DNA of 64,000 nucleotides from an uncultured Pseudomonadales bacterium (GTDB lineage: Bacteria; Patescibacteriota; Microgenomatia; UBA1400; CAYNFZ01), in assembly GCA_964398525.1 (NCBI GenBank), contig CAYNMS010000001.1, positions 6,569-70,568 of the forward strand. Direction: 5' to 3'. Shown in pieces: positions 43,971 to 55,197 of this stretch. Within the stretch, counting starts at the first letter, position 1. Each line of letters begins with the position of its first letter. The position numbers and the translations under genes were made by a program. The notes beneath the pieces were generated by a model. That model was not told where the DNA came from. It saw only the letters and a list, made by a program, of their open reading frames with translations, and ran no database searches.

Positions 43971-45062
43971 TCAATTCTTCAACACGTAGTATGCCCCTTT
44001 AGTTTTCCCCTTCTTCTCCACCACTCCCTTATCAATCAAATCTTTAAAGTCTCTAAGCACTGTGTCCGGTGATACCATCGGCAACAAATCATTCGCCTCC
44101 GGTGTTGTCAGCTTACCCTGCTGGTTGAGTACTTCAATCAACTTTATCTGCCTCTCACTCAAAGCCACCTGTTGCCCCAGAGTTCCCTTTAATTTCATAT
44201 CTCTCGACAACTTCAACACTTGGTTTTTCACTGCATCTAATTCATTAGCCAGTCCCCAACAAAAATACTCCAACCATTCCGTCAGATCCATACTCTCCCC
44301 TTCACCCACACTCGCCAAAGCCTGGTAGTATCTCAATGCATCCCTGTCAAAATACTCTTCCAACGAGAAAAAGCGCTTTACATCATACCCTTCTCCATAC
44401 AACACCAAAGTTGCCAAAGCTCTAGCTGCCCGCCCATTCCCATCCGTAAACGGATGAATTCTAACCAATTCATAGTGAGTTATTCCTGCCCGCAATACCG
44501 AGTGATGTGCCCGACCGCTATCGCTGTTTAACCAAAAGAAAAACTCTTCAATCGCAATCGGCACCTCAACCGCTGGCGGTGGCATAAAAGTCAGTTCTCC
44601 TGTTTTAGAGTTTCTTATCGCCACCTGCACTTTCCGGTATTGGCCCGCCTCATCCTCCGGCAGAATTCTCTCCACCGCCTTTCGGTGCAAAGTCTTTAAG
44701 ATGTCATCAGAAAAGGTTACTGGCTGGGACAATTTCATTCCCCACTCCTCAATCCACCCTAATACATTCCTATAATTAATCACTTCCTGCACATCTCGTT
44801 CTCGCCCGCTCATTCCCGCTCTCTCTGCCACCGTTTCTGCTCGCTCTCCGTCCATTACCACCACTCTTTCAGCCTGAGACAGTGACAATTCATTTCCCTC
44901 TATCGCCGTTCCATGATGCACACTTCGCACCAATGCATCCTGTCTAAACTTAGCCTCCCATGCTGGCACCAGCGCGGCATGCTCAACCACTTCCCTTGCG
45001 CCATCAATCTTGCCAATGCTTTTTAAGATTTGGTGGGTAATTACATATCTGGGTTCAAACAC
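43971..45062 (-). CDS. Fic-family protein with C-terminal winged HTH
   Basis: HPFTDGNGRAAR; TAIEGN inhibitory-like motif. Confidence 0.92.
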   Translation of the reverse strand: MFEPRYVITHQILKSIGKIDGAREVVEHAALVPAWEAKFRQDALVRSVHHGTAIEGNELSLSQAERVVVMDGERAETVAERAGMSGRERDVQEVINYRNVLGWIEEWGMKLSQPVTFSDDILKTLHRKAVERILPEDEAGQYRKVQVAIRNSKTGELTFMPPPAVEVPIAIEEFFFWLNSDSGRAHHSVLRAGITHYELVRIHPFTDGNGRAARALATLVLYGEGYDVKRFFSLEEYFDRDALRYYQALASVGEGESMDLTEWLEYFCWGLANELDAVKNQVLKLSRDMKLKGTLGQQVALSERQIKLIEVLNQQGKLTTPEANDLLPMVSPDTVLRDFKDLIDKGVVEKKGKTKGAYYVLKN

Positions 45063-45189
45063 TTATTTCTCCTTATACTCCCTAGAACTGCTTCCCTATT
45101 CTTGCATTTCTTGCGCTAATTCTCAAGCAGTTTATGCTACACATTAATACTTCCTTGTGGTCCGTTTTCTTTTCAAGCAAAATTAACAA

Positions 45190-45438
45190 ATGAACCATTT
45201 AGAAAAGGAAAAAATTACTCTCGATTCTCCCTCTTTGACAGTAGCAAAGCTTACAAACTTGCTTCACACCATCGATCAATTTTTTTTCCCATCTATTGAT
45301 CCCGATTTTGATCCCACGTTGGAAGGTACCGAAGTTGCTCCTAACACTTATCTTATTGGTCAAACCTACTATCGCCTGGATGAAAACCACCCTCAATTTA
45401 AAGATTATTCCCTCCAAACGCTCGATTCTGCTTCCTAG
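45190..45438 (+). CDS. Hypothetical protein
   Basis: 82-aa ORF with plus-strand codon pattern. Confidence 0.5.
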   Translation: MNHLEKEKITLDSPSLTVAKLTNLLHTIDQFFFPSIDPDFDPTLEGTEVAPNTYLIGQTYYRLDENHPQFKDYSLQTLDSAS

Positions 45439-45470
45439 CCTTTCTCAGCCTCTCCTGCTAAAATCCCTTC

Positions 45471-45770
45471 ATGGCTAAAAAAATCGCAGTCCCAGAATCC
45501 TCTAAAGAATTGCCCCTTGCAGTAGTTAGACAAATGATCACCCTTGCCACTTCCGGCTTTGGTTTAGTGGCTGCCCTAGCCTGGAACGAGTTTGTCAAAT
45601 CAGTCATCGAAGGCTATATCCGCCCCTATCTTCCCTCCGGCTCTCCGGTTATCTCCCTGCTTATTTATGCCATCATCGTCACTTCCTTGGCCGTTATCAT
45701 CACTCTCCAACTCGCCAAAATCGAAAAACGCCTTCAACGCGAAAAAGAAGCCGAAGCCGCCAAAAAATAA
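45471..45770 (+). CDS. DUF5654-like two-TM protein
   Basis: TSGFGLVAALAWNEFVK…YAIIVT. Confidence 0.8.
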   Translation: MAKKIAVPESSKELPLAVVRQMITLATSGFGLVAALAWNEFVKSVIEGYIRPYLPSGSPVISLLIYAIIVTSLAVIITLQLAKIEKRLQREKEAEAAKK

Positions 45771-45772
45771 TC

Positions 45773-46666
45773 CTATTTCCGACCCAACTCCTTGGCTATT
45801 TCTTCCACTAAATCACTGCTGTTATAGTAAACTCCCACACTCTCATAAAGCCTGTCTGCAGCCTTCTTCAATACGAAACTTGAGCTCCCTGCCGCCACCA
45901 TTGGTTCATTTCTGGCTAACATTCCTCCCACCAGTCCTGCCAACACATCCCCCGTTCCTCCCTTAGTCAAACCTTCATTTCCTCCGACTATCAAAACACA
46001 CTCATCCCTCCTGCACACTATATCCTCCACGGATTTAGACAAAATTGTTACTCCCCCCAACCTTTGTGACAGGTCAGACAAGATTTTACCCCTTTCTTCT
46101 CTTATCTCCTCATCTGCTCTGTTCTGCATTTCCTCTAGCCGAGTCTTAATTTCAATTAGCCCGAGCTTTTCCACCAATCGTTTCAATTCACCCCAATGAG
46201 GTGTAATTATCATGTTTTCCGTCAGTTTTGTCGGGTCACATTCTTGTAATGCCCCACCGTCCACCACCCACTTTTTATCAGGAAACTTGCCTAGTAACTC
46301 ATTTACAATCTCCTCTGTGCTTCTTTCCCCCTCCATCAAGCCTTCTTTTCGAGGCATTCCCGGACCGATTATCACCACATCATCTTCCTTAATATAACTC
46401 TCCACCTCACCCCAATCCACCACAATCCCATTCCAAAAGCCTCCTTTAATTCTCTTTCTCACCACTTCATTATTTTCATTAGCACTCGACGTAAAATGTA
46501 CCAAGTCCACTATTTTACTCGCCACATCCGCACTCCAAAAAATCGATGCATGAAACAACTTGCTTCCGCCTATCACCAACACCCTTCCGTTTTCACCCTT
46601 ATGTGAGTCCTTAGCTGGACGCACTAATTTACTCAAATCTTCTCTGGTAAACTCGCTCATTTTCAT
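45773..46666 (-). CDS. nnrD: ADP-dependent NAD(P)H-hydrate dehydratase
   Basis: SHKGENGRVLVIGGS, IGPG, VDGGAL, TPHWGE and GGTGDVLAG. Confidence 0.92.
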   Translation of the reverse strand: MKMSEFTREDLSKLVRPAKDSHKGENGRVLVIGGSKLFHASIFWSADVASKIVDLVHFTSSANENNEVVRKRIKGGFWNGIVVDWGEVESYIKEDDVVIIGPGMPRKEGLMEGERSTEEIVNELLGKFPDKKWVVDGGALQECDPTKLTENMIITPHWGELKRLVEKLGLIEIKTRLEEMQNRADEEIREERGKILSDLSQRLGGVTILSKSVEDIVCRRDECVLIVGGNEGLTKGGTGDVLAGLVGGMLARNEPMVAAGSSSFVLKKAADRLYESVGVYYNSSDLVEEIAKELGRK

Positions 46667-46698
46667 CTTCCCAGTTTAGCATAACCACCCCAAAACAT

Positions 46699-46890
46699 TT
46701 GCTACAATCAATCCAAATGAAAATCCTTGTTCTCCTCTTTCTGCTCCTTCTTATCTCCACTCTCCTACCCACTATTTACTACCAACAGACTACCACTTGT
46801 CTAAATGAAACTGATTGCACTACCCAATCAGACTGGCTCACTGGTCCCAGCCTAGCTTCCCGATTCTTCAACCAACTCAAAGGGCTTTAG
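46699..46890 (+). CDS. Small exported hypothetical protein
   Basis: Signal-like N-terminus and a Cys pair. Confidence 0.5.
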   Translation: MLQSIQMKILVLLFLLLLISTLLPTIYYQQTTTCLNETDCTTQSDWLTGPSLASRFFNQLKGL

Positions 46891-46953
46891 TCTCCTCTTT
46901 CCACCCCAGAATCAAACTCTCATCTGTTTATCACTAAACTTTTCCTTAGGTTT

Positions 46954-48252
<1,299 letters not shown>

Positions 48253-48321
48253 TTATCTAATTGGTTACACCGAGCTTAATTATACCGTTCTTGCCTAATT
48301 TTCCCAACCAAATTCACATCT

Positions 48322-48681
48322 TCAACGGCTCACCCAGCCTAAGCAATAAGTTTTCATTGGTGCAGGATAATAAGGCTTATTCACACTCAAACCCACCGAA
48401 GTCAATCTTATCCCCTTACACACGCATTTAGTCAACGCATATCTCTGCTCATCATAATTAGCCACTGCTTCTCCGCAGGCTGGCACCGGTAGCTCTAAAG
48501 CACCGATTATATACCACAACCCGATTTTTAGTAGATACCAAGAAAACAAAGTGATCAACCCGATGCTGCCAATTTGCTTTATCTTCTCCCACCAACTCTT
48601 TTCTGCCACTTTTACATTTCTTAATTGAAACATGTTCACTCTCCTAAAATCACGATCTAACTCATTATAGTCCGTATTCAC
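48322..48681 (-). CDS. Hypothetical membrane-anchored Cys-containing protein
   Basis: One TM helix then C…CxCxG…YCLG. Confidence 0.55.
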   Translation of the reverse strand: MNTDYNELDRDFRRVNMFQLRNVKVAEKSWWEKIKQIGSIGLITLFSWYLLKIGLWYIIGALELPVPACGEAVANYDEQRYALTKCVCKGIRLTSVGLSVNKPYYPAPMKTYCLGWVSR

Positions 48682-48730
48682 TTCGTCTTAATAACCAAAA
48701 AAGTCGTCTTTTACAATACTTCCCATCGTT

Positions 48731-49303
48731 TCACATCTTTAACTTTTCCTCATATAACGGCAAGTAATCTACCTCTTCGCCAACCAAATTGCTTTCATAC
48801 ACCACCACTCTCTCCACTTGCACCCTGTGGGGTATTTGCCAATTTATCTTTTTGGCAATTTCCTTCCCTATTTCGCCCTTCAATTTCCAACTGGCTTTCG
48901 CCTCAACTCTCCCCAAAGTTACATGCGGTCTAAACGCTTGAAAATCATCAAAGCCCAATTGTTCCAACTCCAACTTAATTTTCTTCCTCAGTGAAGCCAA
49001 GCTTTTCAAATCCCCTTTTAGTCCCATCCACACCACTTTTGGCCAAACTAAATCAGGAAACGCACCCAATCCTTTAAATTCCAATTCCATCTCCCCCACC
49101 CCCACACACGCCTTCTTTACCGCCCCCACCACCACCTCTATTCTGGCCTCTTCAACTTCACCCAAAAATACCAGTGTCACGTGCCAGTTGTCTCTCTTCA
49201 CCCACTTTACCGGCCAATGCTTCCGCTCCAGTTGTTTCATCACTTTGTCTATTCCTCTTTTTGCTTCTTGTGTTAAAGGCACTCCCACAAACACTCGCTT
49301 CAT
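48731..49303 (-). CDS. thpR: RNA 2',3'-cyclic phosphodiesterase (2'-5' RNA ligase family)
   Basis: Two HxT motifs: HVTLVFLG and FRPHVTLGR. Confidence 0.92.
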   Translation of the reverse strand: MKRVFVGVPLTQEAKRGIDKVMKQLERKHWPVKWVKRDNWHVTLVFLGEVEEARIEVVVGAVKKACVGVGEMELEFKGLGAFPDLVWPKVVWMGLKGDLKSLASLRKKIKLELEQLGFDDFQAFRPHVTLGRVEAKASWKLKGEIGKEIAKKINWQIPHRVQVERVVVYESNLVGEEVDYLPLYEEKLKM

Positions 49304-49325
49304 CCGCTCATTCTAACAAACTAGC

Positions 49326-49769
49326 CTACCCCCTCCACTCCAACCTTACAATCTCTGTCTTAATTTGTTCCCCACCCTGATATACTCCTACTTTTACTTC
49401 CACTGCCTCCCTTTCGTAGTCCATCGGGTCAAACATAATTTGACCACTCCAACTGTTTCCCTCACCATTCAATCCACAAAACATAGTTTGCTCCCTCACG
49501 CCTCCATCTACTACCCAAGCATAATCACCTGTAATAACTAAGTCAAAGACTCCATCTCTACCTCTGTCCGGTTTTTTTACTGTCAGATCATATACTTTAT
49601 CTCTCCCTACCTCAGTTACTGGTTCATGGCTATCAATCCCATGCGGCAACACCCTAACCCACTCACCCTCTTTCCATTCTTCCTCCTTCATTTCTTGGTC
49701 TCGATCCACATCCTCGCCTTCCACTCCCTTATAGATTTTCTCAATTATTCTCAAATCTTCAATTCCCAT
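49326..49769 (-). CDS. Hypothetical protein
   Basis: 147-aa ORF. Confidence 0.6.
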   Translation of the reverse strand: MGIEDLRIIEKIYKGVEGEDVDRDQEMKEEEWKEGEWVRVLPHGIDSHEPVTEVGRDKVYDLTVKKPDRGRDGVFDLVITGDYAWVVDGGVREQTMFCGLNGEGNSWSGQIMFDPMDYEREAVEVKVGVYQGGEQIKTEIVRLEWRG

Positions 49770-49793
49770 ACACTAAACTAACATATTCACACT

Positions 49794-50849
49794 TCACAAT
49801 TCAATCACCTTCATCTCTTTGCTCCACACCGGAATCTGTTCATTGTCAGCTGTGGTGATGATTGTTTGCTGTCGCTCCAGTTGTTCCCAAATCAACTGCC
49901 GATGCCCTCTGTCCAATTCCGACATAATGTCATCCAAGAGTAAAATCGGCCTTTCTCCACTCATTTTCTCCACAAATTCCATCGACAAAAGTTTAAGCCA
50001 CAACACCCCCAGTCTCTGCTCACCCCTGGATCCAAACGCCATCAAACTCCTTTCCTTTCCCTTCATCACCTTCTTCACTTCAATATCATCCCGGTGCGGC
50101 CCCACCAAAGTGTAACCGGCTGCCAATTCCTTTTGTTTATACTCCTCCAACCGTCTCTCGCTCATCACGCTCACCTCATAACTCGCACTCAAACCAAATT
50201 CTTTGTAAGTCTGCGTGTGATTAAAATAGTCCACCATCGCCCTCCTCTTCTCTTGCACATAAGTCCCGTTTTTAATTACCGACTGGTCCCAGTATCCCAA
50301 GGCTTGCCTCCCAGTCCTTCCTTCTCTAATCATCTCCAGAATTTTATTCCGTCTTCTCAAAGCATTTCCATAAGCCTTCAGGTTTCTCCCGTACTCGCCA
50401 TCAATCTGTGTCAGCACTTCATCCAAAAACTGTCTCCTCCTGGCCGGACTGCCCTCCACAATTCTCATGTCCTCCGGCCTAAACACCACGGCAAATAAGT
50501 TCTCCATAAACTTACTCCTATTTCTCCCCACTCCATTTACCAAAAATCGCCTTTTATTCACTCTCTTGCCTGCCACTACTCCTCTGGTAATCACAACTTG
50601 TAGCTCAGTTTCCTCTTCCTCTCCATTACTCACCTTTGCTCCCACATGAGCGACCTCTGCTCCAAAGTTCACCATCTCCTCCACTCTTCCCTCCCTAAAA
50701 CTCTCACCGGTGGATACCAACCAAATTGCCTCCAATACATTAGTTTTACCCGCTGTGTTTGGACCCACAATGATATTTGTTCGCTCTAAATTTGCTTCAA
50801 AAGCTACATGATTGCGAAAATTCATCAACACTAGTTTATTAATCTTCAT
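49794..50849 (-). CDS. recF: DNA replication/repair protein RecF
   Basis: GPNTAGKTN, GSPARRRQFLD, GPHRDD, SRGEQR and LLLDD. Confidence 0.95.
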   Translation of the reverse strand: MKINKLVLMNFRNHVAFEANLERTNIIVGPNTAGKTNVLEAIWLVSTGESFREGRVEEMVNFGAEVAHVGAKVSNGEEEETELQVVITRGVVAGKRVNKRRFLVNGVGRNRSKFMENLFAVVFRPEDMRIVEGSPARRRQFLDEVLTQIDGEYGRNLKAYGNALRRRNKILEMIREGRTGRQALGYWDQSVIKNGTYVQEKRRAMVDYFNHTQTYKEFGLSASYEVSVMSERRLEEYKQKELAAGYTLVGPHRDDIEVKKVMKGKERSLMAFGSRGEQRLGVLWLKLLSMEFVEKMSGERPILLLDDIMSELDRGHRQLIWEQLERQQTIITTADNEQIPVWSKEMKVIEL

Positions 50850-51225
50850 GTGCTTGGATTCTAACACTCCTATCTAATCCGCTTTCTCTCATAATCCTTA
50901 TTCCCTCACCATCCAAGTGTATGCACATCCCTGCAATTAAAGCATTTAACACTACTAGGGTTTTTAGCTCTTCATCAAGATCATTGAATCCAAACCATCC
51001 ATCCCCCATCCGAATTTTGCCAGTCTTCGTTGCTTCTACCGCCAACCTCACTCCCTTTTCAAAATTCAACCCTAATTCTTTTAAACTCTCTCGTTCACTC
51101 ACCAGTTCCACCCAGTCTCCCCACAACAAATACCACTTTCCCAAATCGTTGTTAAACTCCTCATCTTCATAATCTCCAAATATGGCAACCAAATCTCCAA
51201 TAAATTTTTGCTGCCTTTCACTCAT
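50839..51225 (-). CDS. Hypothetical protein
   Basis: 128-aa ORF within the operon. Confidence 0.6.
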   Translation of the reverse strand: MSERQQKFIGDLVAIFGDYEDEEFNNDLGKWYLLWGDWVELVSERESLKELGLNFEKGVRLAVEATKTGKIRMGDGWFGFNDLDEELKTLVVLNALIAGMCIHLDGEGIRIMRESGLDRSVRIQAHED

Positions 51226-51652
51226 GCTTTAGTCTAGCCCACTCGTCAACAAACTTTTTCAAAAAACCTCCATCATCCCCAGTCTCCAAACCTCTAAACT
51301 CTTCTGGTCTAACCCACTTCCACACCTTGTGTTCGCTAGAAAGTCTCACTTGTGTTCCGCTTGCTTTTCCCCACCAACCAATTACCACCACCTCTATCCC
51401 CTCAGGCTTACTCCCCATGCTCGACTCCACTCTCAAAGGTTTGATATCACCAATTTCCAATCCTGTCTCTTCTAACACTTCCCGTCTAACACTATCATGA
51501 ATCTCCTCCCCAACTTCTAAATTCCCTCCTGGCAAATCCCACGCGCTTGGCCGTCGACAATCACTATCTTGCCGCTTAAGTGCCAACACTCTACCCTCTT
51601 CATTTACTACCACCACTTTAGAAAAAACTTTTACCTTCTCAAGATACTTCAT
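51218..51652 (-). CDS. NUDIX hydrolase
   Basis: WDLPGG…GE…RREVLEETGL Nudix box. Confidence 0.92.
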   Translation of the reverse strand: MKYLEKVKVFSKVVVVNEEGRVLALKRQDSDCRRPSAWDLPGGNLEVGEEIHDSVRREVLEETGLEIGDIKPLRVESSMGSKPEGIEVVVIGWWGKASGTQVRLSSEHKVWKWVRPEEFRGLETGDDGGFLKKFVDEWARLKHE

Positions 51653-52517
51653 TCTTTCTCCTCTGGCACTTGGGACACCAATATGTTCCCCGCCCTCCTA
51701 GTTTTGCCTTTACCATTTCTCCTCCACACCCTTTTCTCAAACATCTCTCTCCTTCTCTTCCATATGCCAAAAAATGTTCCTGATACTTGCCCCCCATTCC
51801 GGCAATATCTACGTAATTACTATAACTTGCCCCACCTAGTTCAATTCCCTTATGTAGCACCTTTACCATTGCCTCGTGCAATCTTTCCACTTCCTGCTTT
51901 CCCAAATCTTTAGCTGGCTTAAACGGATCAATTTGGGCCAACCACAACGCATCGTTGGCATAAATATTTCCCATCCCTCCCATCTTGGCTTGATCCAAAA
52001 TCACCAATTTAACTGGCCTTGTAGATTTGCCTAACACCCCTCCCAAATACTCCACCCCAAACCTCTTATCCACCACATCCGGCGGCAATTGCCTCCGAAG
52101 GACCAAGAACTCCTTACCACTTACCAATCTCCACCAGCCAAACACTCTCATGTCATTAAAATATAGCCTGGCTCCGTCTTCAAATCTCACTACAATTCTC
52201 GTGTGTGTACTCGGCAGTTTACCCACCCAGTCTCCACTTGGATGTCCTCCCACCACTCTGTCATTACTCTCCTTCTCTACAAATATCAACTGGCCAGTCA
52301 TTTTTAAGTGAATTAACAGGCGCCTGTCTCCAGTCTCAAACTCCACCACAATCATTTTTGCCAGTCTTCCCACGCTCTTTATTTGCTTTCGATTTAGCAC
52401 ATCCAAGCCACTTCTAGCGCTTTTTTCCCGTCTGACCTCAACCTGAGCGATTGTTCTGCCGACAAGTACTTGATCTAACTGCTTGGCAATAGTTTCAACT
52501 TCAGGTAATTCTGGCAT
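51639..52517 (-). CDS. mutM: Formamidopyrimidine-DNA glycosylase
   Basis: MPELPEVET, HLKMTG, GNIYAN and C-terminal zinc finger. Confidence 0.97.
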   Translation of the reverse strand: MPELPEVETIAKQLDQVLVGRTIAQVEVRREKSARSGLDVLNRKQIKSVGRLAKMIVVEFETGDRRLLIHLKMTGQLIFVEKESNDRVVGGHPSGDWVGKLPSTHTRIVVRFEDGARLYFNDMRVFGWWRLVSGKEFLVLRRQLPPDVVDKRFGVEYLGGVLGKSTRPVKLVILDQAKMGGMGNIYANDALWLAQIDPFKPAKDLGKQEVERLHEAMVKVLHKGIELGGASYSNYVDIAGMGGKYQEHFLAYGREGERCLRKGCGGEMVKAKLGGRGTYWCPKCQRRKNEVS

Positions 52518-52557
52518 CCACAAGCCTCCTAAAACTTATACTATTCTTCCCACTCTT

Positions 52558-53670
52558 TCACCGTCGCCGTAGTTTTTCTTCCACAAACGCAACCATCTCT
52601 TTTTTAAATCTTTCCTTTCCAAACTTCTCTCCATGTTTTCTTATCTGAGCCGGACTAAAACTCACTCCCTTTTCCTCCAATTTCCTTATCCCGCTAGCCA
52701 CACTCTCAGCCGTCAGTTCATCAACAAACACTCCAGTTTTCCCCTCCAACACCGTCTCCTGATATCCTCCCCCTCTGAAAGCTACTACAGGTGTCCCCGC
52801 CATCATCGACTCTACCGGAGTAATTCCAAAATCCTCATCACTTGCCAACGCCAAAAATCCCTTAGCTCCTCGATACAATCCAGCCAATTCCTCATCCTCA
52901 AGATACCCCAAAAACTCTACCGTCCCCCCTGCAGCCTCTTTCAGTTTCTTCATCTCTCCACTCCATCCAGCCGCCGCCCCAACTACTTTCAAAGGCACTC
53001 TCAACTTGTTGGCTGCCTCTACTGCCAAAGACAATCCTTTTCCTCCCACGATCCTCGATATTACCAGATAATAGTTACCCTTCTCCTTCTCTTGGCTACC
53101 CACCAACTCTACCGGTGGATAAATCACATCTGCTTCTCGTCTGTAAAACTTGTTTATTCTCTCTCTCGTGTTCTGCGAGTTTGCAATAAAATAATCCACT
53201 CTCTGGGCGCTCAAATAATCATATTGCCTGAGTCTGTTATTCACTACTTTGGCATATTGCCTCACCATCCAATATTTCTGCCACTCCACACTTGTGGGAT
53301 ATCCATACAAATACCTTGGTGGCGTATGGCAATAGCAAATATTCAAGGCACTATCTTTGGTTATCACTCCTTTGGTGATATACCAAGACGCGCTCGTCAC
53401 CACCAAGTCATAGTCTTCAAATGTAAAACTCTCCCAGATGTAAGGTGCCAAAAATCGTAGCGGACTATGAAGCTTACTTCTAAACCCAGGTATCTTCGCC
53501 GCCCATGACTCAATTAACTGTTTGTCTTCAAACCTTTTATAGGCAGGCGAATCTTTTCTGGCAAAAGCTGTATAAATCGGCGCCTCTGGCCAGATTTCAG
53601 TCATTGCCAACAACACCCTCTCCGCCCCGCCAAACTCCGATAAATAATCGTGAACTAAGGCTACTTTCAT
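52558..53670 (-). CDS. GT4 glycosyltransferase
   Basis: HDYL…GGAERVL, YCHTPPRYLY and EDFGITPVE. Confidence 0.92.
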   Translation of the reverse strand: MKVALVHDYLSEFGGAERVLLAMTEIWPEAPIYTAFARKDSPAYKRFEDKQLIESWAAKIPGFRSKLHSPLRFLAPYIWESFTFEDYDLVVTSASWYITKGVITKDSALNICYCHTPPRYLYGYPTSVEWQKYWMVRQYAKVVNNRLRQYDYLSAQRVDYFIANSQNTRERINKFYRREADVIYPPVELVGSQEKEKGNYYLVISRIVGGKGLSLAVEAANKLRVPLKVVGAAAGWSGEMKKLKEAAGGTVEFLGYLEDEELAGLYRGAKGFLALASDEDFGITPVESMMAGTPVVAFRGGGYQETVLEGKTGVFVDELTAESVASGIRKLEEKGVSFSPAQIRKHGEKFGKERFKKEMVAFVEEKLRRR

Positions 53671-53697
53671 CTCTAAATTATACCTGCCTCAATTCCT

Positions 53698-54705
53698 TCA
53701 AAATAGCGCCTCTTGTACACTCATTTCAAATTCATCTGCCGGCAGTCTCTTTATCAAACTTTTAAACCCAAACTTCTCAAACAATGCTACTGTTTCTCTC
53801 TTGTCATAACCAGTCACTCGGCAGTCCTCAAGTTTAAGCTCAATCGGCACTTCCCTCATTATGGTCGCCAATTCCCGGCTTTTAAATGCCAGTTCTCTGC
53901 CCTCTATTAGTTTAGCCACCACCGCCACACCCACTCCCATCTTTAAGGCTATTTCCTTTAACTGCTTTGCCTCAATTTCCTCACTTTCACTCTCAGTTCC
54001 CAACACTTCACTTCTTGCTTCATCCAGTTTGTTATAAACACCCTCTAAATTCTCAAATTTCTTCAGTAACTCTACCGCTGTCTTTGGTCCAATTCCCCTA
54101 ATTCCCGGTATATTGTCACTGCTGTCTCCGGCCAACCCTTTGTAATCTACCACTTGGTCTTTCCTGACTCCCAACTTTTGCTCAACCTCTTCTTCCCCAT
54201 ACATTATCGATGGCTTACTTCTCATTCCAGGAATAAAAACTAACACCTTCTTGTTCTCTACCAACTGAAAAATGTCTTGATCTCCAGTCACAATTACGGT
54301 TTCTATCTCATGCTTGCTTTCGTCTCGTGCTTGCTCAGCTATTGTGCCGATTAAATCATCCGCTTCAAATCCCTTGACTGCAAACATGGGCATGTTCATT
54401 TTCTCCACCACCTCAAAGGCTCTTGGCACTTGTTCCTTAAACTCTTCCGGCGCTTTCTGTCGATTGGCTTTATACTTTTCATAACCATCTTTCCTAAACG
54501 TCGGCCCTTCACTATCAAAACAAATCGCCATGTGAGTCGGTTTCAATTCCTCTATCACCGACAACAATATCGAAGCAAACCCATACACCGCATTTACCAT
54601 CGCCCCGTCAGGCGAAGTCAAATATGGAATCGCATAAAACGCTCTAAAAAGTAGCGAGTGCCCATCAACCAATACCAATCTGTCTTTCTTTTTCTTGTCT
54701 GCCAT
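53698..54705 (-). CDS. Stand-alone 5'-3' exonuclease (PolA N-terminal domain only)
   Basis: VDGHSLLFRAF, YKANR, EADD, TGDQD and GDSSDNIPG; ends without a Klenow domain. Confidence 0.92.
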   Translation of the reverse strand: MADKKKKDRLVLVDGHSLLFRAFYAIPYLTSPDGAMVNAVYGFASILLSVIEELKPTHMAICFDSEGPTFRKDGYEKYKANRQKAPEEFKEQVPRAFEVVEKMNMPMFAVKGFEADDLIGTIAEQARDESKHEIETVIVTGDQDIFQLVENKKVLVFIPGMRSKPSIMYGEEEVEQKLGVRKDQVVDYKGLAGDSSDNIPGIRGIGPKTAVELLKKFENLEGVYNKLDEARSEVLGTESESEEIEAKQLKEIALKMGVGVAVVAKLIEGRELAFKSRELATIMREVPIELKLEDCRVTGYDKRETVALFEKFGFKSLIKRLPADEFEMSVQEALF

Positions 54706-54725
54706 GTCCTGATTTTACCAAAGCC

Positions 54726-55166
54726 TTATTTTGCTTTTCTCTTCCCGTCAGTTTCAGTTCTTTCTGGCTTCATACTAAAGCCCTGATTCTTCTCAATCCG
54801 TGCCAATTTTGCCTCCACCTCATCCAGCCTCTTGTCCAGCCGATTCCAATAATATCTATCCCGTACGCTAAATAATGCCACCGCTATATGTCCCACAATC
54901 AATCCAAACACCAAAACCCCCAACACTTCCAACACCATTCCCACCACTCTTCCTGCCAAAGTTACCGGATACACATCCCCCAAACCAACCCCTGTCATTG
55001 TCGTTACCGCCCACCAAACTCCGTCTTCTACATCGATAATATTTGCCCCAGCATGATTCACCTCCAGAGGCACAATCAAAATTCCCAGATTAAGAGCCAG
55101 CATTACAAATAAAACTACCAACAACTTAAACCGATGATGATGCATCAAATCCAACAAAGCTTTCAT
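54726..55166 (-). CDS. KcsA-like two-TM ion channel with an atypical filter
   Basis: WWAVTTMTGVGLGDVYPVT. Confidence 0.85.
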   Translation of the reverse strand: MKALLDLMHHHRFKLLVVLFVMLALNLGILIVPLEVNHAGANIIDVEDGVWWAVTTMTGVGLGDVYPVTLAGRVVGMVLEVLGVLVFGLIVGHIAVALFSVRDRYYWNRLDKRLDEVEAKLARIEKNQGFSMKPERTETDGKRKAK

Positions 55167-55197
55167 TCAACCAGTATAGGTTATGCCCCACTCTCTC

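Noticed and set aside
48731-49303. ThpR as the ligase for the interrupted tRNA
   Set aside because: A widespread gene about 13 kb away; nothing in the sequence links it to that locus.
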